NCBI GenBank assembly: GCA_964035545.1
Contig: OZ037767.1
Location: 28,164,628-28,228,627 of the forward strand
Source of the DNA: Bugula neritina
Lineage: Eukaryota; Animalia; Bryozoa
DNA: 64,000 nt
Reading direction: 5' to 3'
Part shown: piece after piece, positions 13,708 through 27,487 of the stretch
How positions within the stretch are numbered: the stretch's first letter is position 1
Layout: each line of letters begins with the position of its first letter
Made by a program: the position numbers and the translations under genes
The notes under the pieces: model-generated
Told to the model about the DNA's origin: nothing
The model's input: only the letters and a program-made list of their open reading frames with translations
Databases searched by the model: none

Positions 13708-15711
13708 TAACAGATGATTAAGCAGGATTGTATGGATACAGGATATATATTATGACTGTCTGGAAAAGTGGTCACCGATGATTGCAACTCAGATAGACAA
13801 TCAATACAGATGGAAGGAATAGTATTCACTCTTTTTGACACTAATATAGTTTACAGATATTCAAATAGACCAGACCATAATATATTCAGATATTACTCAA
13901 GTAACCTGTAAATAACAGTGCTCACATTGCTGATTTCCATTTTCACTTTGTTTACTAATAAAATTATGATATTTTAAATATTTATCAATTTTAGTTAAAA
14001 ACATGAATTATTCCATTTGTTATATGTAATATATCTAATATACGGTTAGGTTAATGTTTTTGTTACATTATTGCATTATATTTATAGCTGAAAGATTACA
14101 GCGTATAATAAATCAAATTGTGAAATGTGTAAGAGGAAAGAGATGCATCATGTTAAATGATTTCAGATAAGTTTAGTTCCAACTGGAATCGTCATCTCTA
14201 TGACTATAAAGCAAACAAGGCCCATCATAGGAAATAGCGATGTAGGTCAGGCATATATTCATCTTTAGGCTATCAATCAAGCAGAAACATTCATACCTGA
14301 CAGGAAATTCATACCATGACACATGGAATGTTTTCTACTGGATATAGGGGCTAGCGAGAGTCTACATTGAATCATGTTAGAGGAGGAAATGGAGGGTACC
14401 GAACTGAACCACTTGGTAGTCAACTGCCCATAGAGCCGTGACGCTATCCCTACACACAGTGTGATGACGGCTGGATTCACTGTACCTACACATGGCAAAT
14501 CCTACAGGGTCCTATATAAACTAGAGAACACCTCGCTTACCTATTTCTAAATTACTCGCAAGGACTAATGTATAAGAATTTCTAAGCCATTAGAAAGCAT
14601 AAGTAATAAAGGGTTTAGGCATGGTAAACTATAGCAGTCTAGTGTAATACAGTATCAAATACAGTACAGGTATAACATTATTCTCTGATTGACAATGGCG
14701 GACATTTTATCCTACGGTTGGATAAGAGAGATCCTCTTTGAGAATACTGGAGACTCTAGAGTCAAGTCAGCATGGAAAGACAACCCCCTCCATAAACAGC
14801 AATTCTATGAAACTAAATATAACTTTATCGATACTAGGAGTCCTATCATGTTATCAGTTCCTATCATTCCTATACCCATTAATCACAAGTGCATAATATT
14901 CCACAATTAATGCATTATTCAATGTATCTGTGCAGGGAGACTGTTTCTTTAGATGACTAAACCTTATAACTAACTGGTAAATATGGAAATTTCTATTCCA
15001 TGGTAAATAAGAGCAGAACAATATTATGCAGACAACTTTAATAGTCACAAGCTATTGTGCCAAGTGTGGCTGCCGAGGTGAACAGCAAATTCACATTCTA
15101 TGACACAATATTAGCTAGAAAAGTTAGACTTTTGTGTGCTACAAGAAACTAGATTGATGCAATGAATAGATAGAGTACAACTATTAAACCCACTGAACAG
15201 TATTTCTATGTTATACCAAATCGTCTGCTATTATATTACAACACAGCACAGTAACTCTCATTGTCTTCTATAGCATAATATTATGAAATAGCTAGATGCA
15301 TTCGATAAGGAAAAACAATACCTATTACTGTTTATCTCCCCTTACAAATGCACATAGGGATAGCTGAACAGGTAGCCTAGCCAGCTACTGTGCAGCACAC
15401 AGGCACTGGGTGTAAGATTTCACTGAGTTTTTGCAAGAAACTATCCTACGTCAGAATGAATAAGAAGCTGCTTGAAACGCCTCATTTATCAGAGCGAAAG
15501 TGTTGGGGCAGGAGTAGGATGGCACAAGACGGAACATTCTTACTGTAGAGTAAGCGTATCAATATAAGTGCGTATGAAAGTGATTTCATTCGTATGGTAG
15601 TGTTAAGAGATGCAGAAAAGCAAATATTGCTGTTAAAACACTGCTGATTACACACGTATACACTGGCTATACAATTTTCTCTATCTTCTTCAACTTAACC
15701 AAACCAGGACA

Positions 15712-18700
15712 ATGAGGGGATTTTTACTATACTCGTTGGCATTTGTTTTGCCACTACTACTACCTGCAGTGCACTCAGGTGAGCTTATATCACACATACT
15801 GTCTATAATATGCTAAATTACAAGATATTCCCTATTATTATTTATTGAATACAAGATCGGTATCAATGCACTGCATCTTAGAACACATGTGTTATACATT
15901 ACAATACACATGTGACTTAGTACTTAGCAGTAAAAATCATAACTTGGAGTCATCACCTCCAGCACATAGCTGAATAGTTACTGGGTTTTTCTTAATTAGT
16001 TAAATAAGTGGAGTAGTCCTCCCGTTGTAAGAACACAAAACCAAGTGCCAGTGAATAAGCCTAGAAGCTTAGCTTTTCTTATGTCAAAGTTTATTCAACA
16101 AACTTATACAAAGAATTTAGTCTTCACTAGTCAGCAAGGTTTCTAACAAAATAGGTTCCCATATTACACGTAATTGTATGCATAGATTGCATGAAGGAGT
16201 TTTTGTGTTGCAGCGAGAATTTCGAGAGTTTACCATTATATATGTCAAGGACAAACATTGGAGAATGCCAGATGTACTACAGCCCTGCAGGCAGTCATAG
16301 CTATACAGTCCATCACTGTTCTAACAACATCCAACACTACATTTCTAGCCCAGAATAACAGCGAGTGTGAAAGAGAATATGATTGCATATACACAATGCA
16401 AGGTATATTATATTACAACTTCAGAGCAGTGAAATGATATAGGAATAGCAGTAACGTAACACTTGCACAAGAATCATTTTCCTTTCATTAAACTGAGGTA
16501 GGTGCAAAGATAAGCTGTTTTAGAAACAAAGGGACTCAACCAATACTTGCAACAATAGAAGGTATCCACCCATCAGGTAGAAAATTTTGTTTTAAAAATT
16601 AGACAAATAATTAAGAGCTTGAGCTCAATAGATATATAATGACTAAAGCTGCTTTTGAGTTCTCTGCTTTCAACTATGTCAAGCCATGAAGGTGGGTAGA
16701 TGGAATTTTGTCCTGTTATGTTTTACCAGATATAGAGAACAAAATCTCAAGTGACTGCTAACTATACTAAAAATCTTAGTCTTGTGTTGAAAAAAAAGGC
16801 TAATAATGAATTCAGAGATGCTTATACAGTGACTTTGTAGACTTCTAGAAACTTGTTGACGGTCTAAAAGCATGAATAATCTTCTATGAAAAGAGACTCT
16901 AAAAGCCCTTAAATAAGCATGAAACTCTGTGAGAGTTGTTTACTCATAACACACAGGTGCAGACGACTCTAGTGTACCAGCTGACTACAGATATCTGTAC
17001 AGTTGGATCTCCCACAGCTGTGAAGGCAAACAAAGGTGTGACCAGGACACCGGCAGCATACCGCTATGGTGGAGACTAACGGAGTTAAACATCACTTCCT
17101 GTGCACATGCTCAGACGCAACATTTTGCAGCAGTTTTCCTGCATTATGAATGCAGAGGTGAGACTTCTACCACAGTCTATGCCAACATATAAAATTAGAC
17201 CACTGGTTAGGTGTTCTTTTAAAACTTTTTCAAAACCATGGCAGCCTCGGAGTTATTACAATAGATAGTATTAGTGTGGGTTCCTAACTAGACATCCCGT
17301 TGCCTTTCAGTTCTGGTCTTTCAGACTCAACTTAGACCTGTCTGTGAGTGTTTACCTTTTAGTAAGTCAGATTAGAAAGTAGTGAGGTGCATACATGTAA
17401 CAACATTATTATAGTATGAGCTATATAGGCCATGTCTCTTGTATAAAACGTAGTAAATGTTTGGTTAGGTATGCAACTTCTATAAAACTGTAAAATGTTT
17501 TACAAAGAGACTTCCCAAACACAATATGTTGGACACCACCTCATGGCCTACAGTGTTACAAATGTTTAGCCTCTCCATAAAACAAGTCAATGATAATTAC
17601 CATATCCTTCCCATCATTCCATCATGTGATGCATGCTCAAGTCTGAATGATGTTTATTCAACAGTAAGCAGTAATGTTCTATTATTTTGACCTAATAACT
17701 ATAATGTAGTTCAAAATAGTTTAAAATATTAAGTAACTTAAAGCCTTGGTATGTGTATAGTTTCAGAAAATATCAGCACTGTGGCAGCTCCACCATCAAC
17801 CACAACAACAACTACCAGTCAAACCACACCAACTACAAATCAAACTTCGACAACTACAGGTGAAACTACATCAACTACAAATGAAACTACAACAATTACA
17901 GGTGAAACTACAACAACTACGAGTGAAACTACATCAACTACAAATCAAACTACAACAACTACGGGTGAAACTGCAACAACTACAGGTGAAACTGCAACAA
18001 CTACAGGTGAAACTACAACTACAAATGAAACTGCAACAACTACAAATGAAACTACAACAAGTACAAATGAAACTACAACAACGGGTGAAATTACATCAAC
18101 TACAGGTGAAACTACATCAACTACAAATGAAACTGCAACAACTACAAGTGAAACTACAACAAGTACAAATGAAACTGCAACAACTACAAGTGAAACTGCA
18201 ACAACTACAGGTGAAACTGCAACAACTACAAATGAAACTGCAACAACTACAAGTGAAACTACAACAAGTACAGGTGAAACTACAACAACTACGAGTGAAA
18301 CTGCATTAACTACAAATGAAACTGCAACAACTACAAGTGAAACTGCAACAACTACAAGTAAAACTGCAACAACTACAAATGAAACTACAACAATTACAGG
18401 TGAAACTACAACAACTACGAGTGAAACTACATCAACTACAAATCAAACTACAACAACTACGAGTGAAACTACATCAACTACAAATCAAACTACAACAACT
18501 ACGGGTGAAACTGCAACAACTACAGGTGAAACTGCAACAACTACAGGTGAAACTACAACTACAAATGAAACTGCAACAACTACAAATGAAACTACAACAA
18601 GTACAAATGAAACTACAACAACGGGTGAAATTACATCAACTACAAATGAAACTGCAACAACTACAAATGAAACTGCAACAACTACGAGTGAAACTGCAAC

Positions 18701-19967
18701 AACTACAAATGAAACTGCAACAACTACAAATGAAACTGCAACAACTACGAGTGAAACTACATCAACTACAAATGAAACTGCAACAACTACAAATGAAACT
18801 ACAACAACTATGGGTAAAACTACATCAACTACAAATGAAACTGCAACAACTACAAATGAAACTACAACAACTACAGGTGAAACAACTACCCCAGCTACAA
18901 ATACATCAACAGCTGTGAATACCTCAACTCAAAGCACTACTGATGGAGGATCATTTCAACAGGGAAGCAACATTACACCAACCATAACTACAGAATGTAA
19001 GTTGTGTTGTAAACCAAAAACATACATTCTGAGCCACTATGTAGCACTTTCGCTGAGCACATTACTAGATTATTTTTATTTTTAACATAAGAATCTTCTC
19101 ATATCTTGTTTAGAGTAATTGAACAATGTTCCCGCAAGTAAACAATTACCTAAATACAAACAAACTTTTCGACATCTTGTATATATTAACTTTTCTTTCA
19201 TTAATTAATTACTTGAACATTCTCTTTTGACATTCACTAGAAATATTATGCTACCCAATAGATAAGACAATTCCTCATAAAAACATACAATGACTATTTC
19301 AGCACTGATAATCATCATAGTAGTAGTGGTGGCAATAGTCCTGATAGCAATACTGGTTCTCCTTATCTACTGCCTCACTACACGAAAGGCAAGATCTAGA
19401 AATGGAAATGTCGAAAGTGCAGAAAATATACACGATTCCAGGGAAGTTTTAACTGGTAAGTATTATGTAACTGGTTATTTGATGATGGGTTGTGGGATGG
19501 TTGTTTTTAAAGGTCTGGAGCTGTTAATCTCACTCAAATAATGGAATTTTTAACCTAAATAATTTTGGTTTTTTGTCCTAAAAAATTGGGAACTTTTGAA
19601 GATAGTTTTTTGCAGACTAAAAGTCTGAGAGTCATGAGAAGTAATTTTGCCTTCCGAATATCACAATACTTCATGAAAACTTACTTGTAACTAATTGAAA
19701 ATATTAAATGCAAGTTCCATTGCTAAAATAGCATTTATTGCATAATATCTAGTACATACATATTTATTGTCAAAATAAGAGGGACTTATAGAACATATGC
19801 ATGTGTGCAGATGAAACTGCATTAAAACATTTGTGGAGACAACTACTAGCACATTGCTAGACAAATGATACTAAATATTTATGTGTTTAGAAGAAGAGAA
19901 TTTAGCTGCCGAGAACTTAGCTGCCGAGAACTTGAGAGCAAAACCAGAGGAATCCATAACCATTTGA
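15712..19967 (+). CDS. SUEL-like receptor family paralog 3 with long mucin stalk, ~640 aa; exons 15712-15778, 16214-16402, 16957-17157, 17761(or 17767)-18996, 19303-19455, 19891-19967
   Basis: Signal peptide MRGFLLYSLAFVLPLLLPAVHS; 8-Cys domain (YRYLYSWISHSCEGKQRC...IPLWW...YEC); 1.2-kb Thr-rich exon; TM LIIIIVVVVAIVLIAILVLLIYCL; phase-1 GT-AG introns. Confidence 0.85.
17820..18890 (+). repeat. Coding VNTR, 21-bp unit encoding (N/G/S)ET(A/T)TTT, ~50 units with a higher-order duplication
   Basis: gaaactgcaacaactaca(aat/ggt/agt) repeats. Block ~17880-18100 recurs at ~18380-18640. Confidence 0.95.
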
Positions 19968-20976
19968 CAGACTGAGGAGAACAGTAGTGAGAGTCTGCAG
20001 AACACTGTAAACACTATAGACTCTATCTACTCAACATATTAATAACCTGTATATTATATATCAACTATAACTATATATAATTATATATAAACAATTACTA
20101 CTACCCCCATTAAATGCTATTTACTAATTTCTTGCAATGCTCAATAGTTATGCAACTTTGTTCATAGAATGATGTTGCTTTTAAATCAATACTATCAATC
20201 AATTTACATTTGTAATCTGTTTATTTAGAAGTATATAACAATAAAATATGTTATGGAACTCCTTTTTGAACATTGCAATCATAGTAGTGGTGCTAGATTC
20301 TATATTTAATTATTTACCATCTAATTGTGTTGATTTCAACTCCTTCAAACAGGTACAAACCCACCCTTATACAAACTTTCAATAAAAAAAACCATCAACT
20401 GCATACATAATTCTTTAAAATTCACCACTTTTGATTAGGTTAAAAAATCACTTCAAAATTGTTAGGAAATATTTTCCATACTGAAGCCTTAGTAGCAGAT
20501 AACAAATGAAAACTAACCAACCACAAACCAAGTAGAACTTAATGTACCTAACGTTTGGGCGATAAAACAACAGGATTTGTCAATACTTACTGAAATTAGA
20601 AAATGCTAACACAACAATATAATAATTAAGAAGAGCTAATGATTTATCTAGAACAGAGTAGAATGATGGATATCTAGTGCAACCCACCCAGTCCAACCCA
20701 CAAATCTAATAGCCATTAATCAAGGAGAAGTTAGATTCCCTGAGAATGACAGATGGCATCACTTCACCAATAGCCATCAATAGATTAGCAGCTAGAATAG
20801 GATAGAGCAACACCAGTACTAAGTTCTAGAGGATATCGCTGAGGAGAACTTACATCTAAGAACATAAGGCAGCAGTAGCAGTGGTAGCAGTAGTGGTAGA
20901 TAGCAGCAGTGGCAAAGGTAGTAGCAGTGGCAGAGAGAGCTGTGGCTGAAGTATTAGCAGTGGAAGTTGAAGCACC

Positions 20977-23900
20977 ATGAACCTGCTCACATTGAAGATA
21001 ATACTTGCACTCCTGGTTTACTACCAAACTGAAGCTTGTAAGTAGTGAACGTTATGATTCGATAGAGAAAAGAGGTGGGATAAATTGAAAATGCTTAAGT
21101 TCTTTATTACCCTTTATGATTTTTGGTCTAGGGTTTGGGGTTGAAATCTGTGTCGCATAGATAAACACCATTTCTAACTTTCCAGTAAATACAATGTGTG
21201 ACATGAATGCACCAGCTTCTGTTTTACTAAATAATTCAGAAAGAAAATGTCTACAAAATAACATTTTTCAAAACCGTTACTGTTATTTCTAAAAGTATCG
21301 AATTGGTTTAAAGTTTTACAACAAAATGTAATATAAAAATCTTATTAAAAACAGTTTCATCCAAATTCATCTTGAAGACCATTAATGTAAGTTCTTTCAA
21401 TTGAGATGTTTATGTACCTCTTATACTCAATTCTATTTAATTATTTATTCAAAACAATGTGAACTAAATATTACAGAGTGAATTTTGAGAAAAATAAATA
21501 AAAATCATCTAAAAATAAATCCATTTATTATTAGGAAAATCCTTCCCTCTCTTAGATGTTTATAGAAAAGAGTAAACAATTTCATAATTAAAATAATATA
21601 TTCGATAAGTTAGGTATTTAACATCAAGTAACTTAGACGTCAGTATCCTTCAGGCTTACACTATAGTCTATAGTCTATACCATTAGTACACTGAAACAGC
21701 AATTAATACTAGACCTTTAGAAGGTGAGCTCAACACACTAAACTCTCTAAACTTCAACTGTGCAAACATGGTACTAAAAATGTTTTAAACTTCAGTTCAA
21801 CAGTTTTCAACTGTTGGAAAACAAATCTTTCATAGACATAAAAGTTAGTAAATATCTTTCAAAATATCTAAATTTTGAAAATCAAGTTGGCAAAGATGCA
21901 AAGCAGGGTGGATGGTGCCGTATAGTTGAAAACAAAAAGTGGTAATATCAAATATCTATAGGCATTGCATGAACAGTGTTTAGAACACAGAAATTATTGG
22001 CACATTATCTCACAAAGTACCTAATTTCAATTTCACAACTTCTAACACAAAGTAAAATGGTAATATCCATTAAATATACTGTATAACCTAACCACAGTCA
22101 TTATCTAATATGATAATTAACATTTAATACAAACAAAATTTACTATTAATTATTCATAAAAGAGATTTTGAGAATATATTATAATCGATTAAACATACTG
22201 CATGAACTGGAGTTTTAAATGATTTGAGGTGCAAGTGAGTATGTTCTACAACACGTGTGGACCACACCCCTCCCCCACCTGCACCATCTGTCCCTGCAGG
22301 ATCTGTCCTTAGAGCATGCAGTGCATTGTGATATTAGTGAGATATTCAACACTAGTAACAAGTGCATGAGCTCAAGAGCATAAAAGTGCATATACAAGGA
22401 AGAGAAGAGTCCACTTTTAATTCCTAGCACATTATAAAGCTTCCCAACGCAGAATTTCGAGGCATATTCTCGATCTATATTGAACACATTTTCCTTAGTA
22501 TAAAAGTTTGCTAGAAGAAGGTTTTATTCTTAAAAGTTTTAAATCAACATACTATTTTCTTCTATAGATATAAATAATCGAAGTTGTTTTCATCATCAAG
22601 TCTTAATTTAAATTACAGGGTGATTATAGTTGTGTTGTATTTCAATCACTTAGACGTGTCGGAAACAATAGACTTGCACGGCTGTCAGGGGAGACGACTG
22701 CCAATGGAGGAATGTAGTGACCCAGCGTCAAAAATGAAGGTGGAATCAGTGACTATATATGCCACAGCAAACTCTACTAAGATAGCCAGCAAGAGCTGTT
22801 TCTCCATACAAGACTGCCCAAGAACTATACACAGTGAGACGAAGACCAACACAATATATAATATTGAGGAATTGATTTGACTTATAAACATGGTAGTGAG
22901 AGTGAACTACAGTAGTCGCAAATAATATTATGTGTGCTAACTACAGTATGCTCATATATACTATGTGTGCTAAATGCAGATGCACAAGAAATTGTCTACC
23001 CTTTTGTCTGCCTAGCATTGTAAGTTGAAAAAAATGAAACCAGTAACAATAAACTCAAACTAAATAAAACATTTCATTTACATTTAAATTTATATTTACC
23101 CTGTATATGAATTAATATTCAATTTATAGTAAAATTTGTATTTAATCCACAGCTGCTGATGACGTTGGGATAACAGATACATTTCAACATCTGTATATGT
23201 GGATTGTACACAAATGTGAAGGGAAACGACACTGTGACCCTGGAGGACAACTCCCACACTGGTGGTATCTCACTAGCGACTTTAAGGATGATAACTCAAA
23301 CATGTGCCCTAAAACGGGGATAAAATATTTCGCCGCTGTTCACGCCCACATATCCTGCGTTGGTAGGTGATAGGAAGACATTGCAACCCTTGTGAAAAGT
23401 TTCTGTGAGACTATATGATTTAGATGATATTTTCGTACAGCTACATTGGTGCAGTTTAGTCATTGTAAAGGCTATGAGCTATACACTCTATTTAGTATAC
23501 TTATAGTTCAGGAAAAAGAGTTTTAGTTTCACTAATGATTTACTAACTTGAAATATTTAATTGAATTTTGGGAATGAAATTCTTTGAGTTTTCTTGTAGT
23601 AAACGAAGACGTGTTCACCAAGCCACCACCTCCAGAAACCACACCCAATACAACACCAGCCACACCTCCAACAACTGTTCCATTTGCAGCATTTATCCCA
23701 ATTTACCAACCAGGACTAATTGGACGAGAAAGTAAGTAATCCCAGTTGGCTTCTAGTAAAAATGATAATGAAATTTCTCTGACCATGGGGATGCCAAAAG
23801 ATTAATCATCATTTCTACTGAGTTTGATAATATTTAGGAGCTTTTTTTGAGTAGGTTATTAATTAAAATTAAGAAAATGTCAGCAACACCAAATACTATA

Positions 23901-24910
23901 CTGTTGACTTATTATTACAGAAATATATTTGGGAGTAGCAATTGGCCTAGCCCTAGCAATACTGATACTAATACTCATCACCATATACTGCTGCGAGAGA
24001 TACAGAAACATCATGAAACTGAGTGTATTGTTACGAAAACTCGGGGCACCGCAAGCTGAAGATGGTGGATACCTGGACGAGCTGGAGAATTATGGGAAGC
24101 CAAATGACTCATGGGATAACTACAGTAAATATTGTTACGTGCTGTAAAACATACAGGAGTTTTATCAAACACAATGCCAAGTTTGTTATGCAAATGAGAT
24201 TCTTTGAACAATCATCACAAGACAAATGCTGTAATGGTGACTCAAACAAGCTTGAAATATAATTACGTATTACAATAGGCATGCCCACTTCCACAAAATC
24301 ATCAAATTTCATAACAGTATTGAACTTTTTGATTAGTATTGGTAGATTATTGAGACTGCAGGGTGTAACTTCCATGTTTCAGATCCTGACTGCATAGCTG
24401 AGTATTCTGGGGTTAAACCGGATGAGTTTGTGACGTTGGATAGAGCCTCCGTAGTGTGTCACAAGCAGTATATACTTGGACACAACACTCTACGCTCAAC
24501 CAACTCCTGTTCAACAATAAACAGAGCAGGGTACGAGCATAGCCTGTGGAGACTGAATGGCCAAACTAACTCAGGCTATAGAGAGTACAGAAACTCTCTC
24601 AATACAGCCACACCGGGAGTTGTCCCGCTCAGCTACGAGTCAGGTACCAACTATATTAATATAATTAATACACTACAATATTATAATATAATGTATTAAT
24701 GCAATATAAATAATGTAATTTATAATATAACATATATATATAATATAATATATATATAATATAATTAATACACTACTATATAACAATAATATATATAATA
24801 ACATATACTACAATAATGTGATATATAATATAATATAACAATATAATACAAAATATAATATAATGCAACTAATACACTATAATACAATATGATATAAATA
24901 AGAATATATT

Positions 24911-24977
<67 letters not shown>

Positions 24978-26157
24978 TATAAATAATTAATACACTATAT
25001 TATTTTTTAGCCCCAAAGTAGCCCAGAAATAATAGGAGAAAAGGAAATCCAATGACTAAACAGATATACTAATTACAATAATAATAGCAGCTGTCACTTG
25101 CAATACAATGCTATAACAACTGGGCTAAGAATAGTTGACAAATCTAAAATTAATATCTGAGAAGATCGAAATAATTATTCTAATAGGGCATGTCAATTTA
25201 AGTTTGATAGTTCTAGACTCTTGATTAATAGTTAGCGCTGTTCAGTGAGTAGAACGTTTAGTTTGGTGGAGTTGGGTGCGCCATACTGTGCCAGTAACTG
25301 ATGATGTAAATGCAATGTGTGTTCACTTAAATGCTAAAAATAGCCCTAATTCATTATCAATTCAAAAATTGTGGTTCTTGCAACAGTTTTACATCATCAA
25401 GAGTTTTGTGATATTACGTTCTGTATACTTTTGAACAAAGAGCGGTGAATATGCGAATGCAATGAACTTTTCTCAATCTTTACCGATTTCACAATCCACG
25501 GAACTAAACGAAACAATGGTTCAAAAATAAAAAAATTAGCAATACCATTGAATAAATATTTAACTATATCACTAATTTTCAAAAATCTAAGGCCTGAGCC
25601 TGCTTTAAATAACCCTTTTCAACCAGGGGTTTACAGTGAATATAAACTTGCATGAATTTGAGTTTTTTTTTTATTAATTTTAGAAAACGCATTAAAACAA
25701 AGTTTGCAATGCTGGCACAATATGCCAATGTATTAGCATTTCTCAAACCCTCTGCTATTCTTTTTTGACAGCGGAAAACATAGAAATGGAGAAAAGAATG
25801 GCAGCAGCTTTGGGTCCACCAAGCAACATGCAAACAGAAGAAAGATATTACAGACAGAGTGAAGATGAGAAGCTATACAGCAGCGATGAAACAGCTGGCT
25901 CTGACAGCAGCGCAAGTAGAATATTGGTGGGAGAAGATGACTCTAACAGCAGCGCAAGTAGAATAGTGGTGGGAGAAGATTACTCTAACAGCAGTGGAAG
26001 TAGAATAGAAGATGATCCATCAGACAGAGAAGAATACTGTGAGACAAGAGAACTTCACATTATAGCAGAAGAAAGGTTTGAAGAGGAAATAGCCGAAGAG
26101 GAAGTAGCCGGGCAAAGTGATCTGTACACCCTACAGACAAAGAGATCTCCGTTATAG
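20977..26157 (+). CDS. SUEL-like receptor family paralog 4, ~477 aa; exons 20977-21037, 22654-22833, 23153-23362, 23600-23731, 23921-24124, 24383-24643, 25772-26157
   Basis: caccATG start with signal peptide MNLLTLKIILALLVYYQTEA; 8-Cys domain with CEGKRHC and CPKTGIKYF; stalk ending FIPIYQPGLIGRE; TM-YCC; long acidic tail. Spliced length of 1434 nt is open. Confidence 0.85.
24915..24975. repeat. (TA)n microsatellite within an AT-rich low-complexity intron
   Basis: About 30 TA units. Confidence 0.95.
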
Positions 26158-27487
26158 AGCACAGAAAAGGTATTCACTCTTCTTGTAGACAATAGCAACT
26201 TAGTCTAGCAGTCATCGAGCCTAGTTATTCTTCAGGTCAGCGTAACTAAGCAGTCAGTGTGAGAGAAGGGTTATAATAATAGTAATAATAATAATATAGT
26301 GACAAGAGTGGGCAACTCCCCAGCAATTAAAAAGATGATAATATTCTATACACATGGAGAAATGTACTGGAAATATTAATCATTTCTTAGATCCTATCTT
26401 ACTGCAGCCTTTGCCTATAGTATTTGTCTATAAACTGATTTTTTTTAGACTTGCTATCATGAAAAAAAATGGAAAGACTCAACTAAGTCAAACTAAAAGT
26501 ATAAAAAATGTATAATGTGTATAGCTGATATTAGCAGCCGTGAGTATGCAAACTATTCTCATTATGTTACAGAAAATATGAAGAGATCAAGATTATGCAG
26601 CAGACGTTGCTTGAGGTAAAATACCAATACTCGATACAAGGAAAGAAAACTCCCACATCACATCAGAACATGAACTCTTTAGTACTTACTACCTTTATTA
26701 TAAGTACCAGAACTTTTTCAGTTTAAGTGCCATAGAAGCCCAGAAATCTATCAAGTCTACAGAAAATTAAAACTAAACTATTTTTCCAAGTATGTAATTC
26801 GATAAAATCAGCAGGAAAATTGTAAATAGGCCACTTGTTAAAACTTGTATATATTTTCTGTATGATAAATATTATATGTATAGTGCTTGATGCAAAAATT
26901 AATCATAAAATTGCCACCCATTTTGTTGTATACTACTTCTCTGTTCAATAAAAATTTGTAAATATTATGTCCTGGATAAATTATTAACCATAGAAACTCG
27001 CATTATTAAAGAACAACTCTTCCTCAAGTACAGCAGTTTCAAACTAGCATCACGGCTTTAACTATGAGCAAGTACTGAAGAAAACACGTGTGGAGTGTGT
27101 CTCAAACCTACACTAACTGCTTTTATCAAATGTATTTTGTAAGTTCAAAATGCATTTTCCATTTAAAAAACTGATATAAGTGATAAATCTAATCAGATAA
27201 CATACACCTACACACACATATCCATAATTAAGTAAATATTATAAGTTTAGAGACAAAATTCCATGACTGGTTTGAATGCAACACTTTTTTTGTAATTTTC
27301 TTCTCTCGCTTAAACAGTTAATTTATGGCCATAGTTTCATGATAAATGGATAGCATTCAGACAGATATAACACCTATTAACACTTCAGTAACCAATCAGA
27401 AAGGAGAAAAACCAAACAATAAAACATTTTGCAAAGAAACTGAAGGCCTTGAGATTAGTTGAGCATCACCAACAGGGGTTAGAGAAC

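Noticed and set aside
14277-14910. GC-richer patch with short ORFs, considered as missing ASCC3 exons or another gene
   Set aside because: No ASCC3 motifs, stops in the + frames and no consistent splice sites. Probably a decayed repeat.
17860-18918. Two ORFs of (M/V)KLQQLQ heptads resembling a coiled-coil protein
   Set aside because: Shadow frame of the 21-bp mucin repeat. It is broken by a TAA at 18307-18309, and the splice phases select the Thr-rich frame.
21620-22370. Alternative first exons for paralog 4 (donors near 21724 and 22235; MQCIVILV ORF)
   Set aside because: In-frame stops or weak donors. The exon at 20977-21037 has a good start context, a signal peptide and the correct phase.
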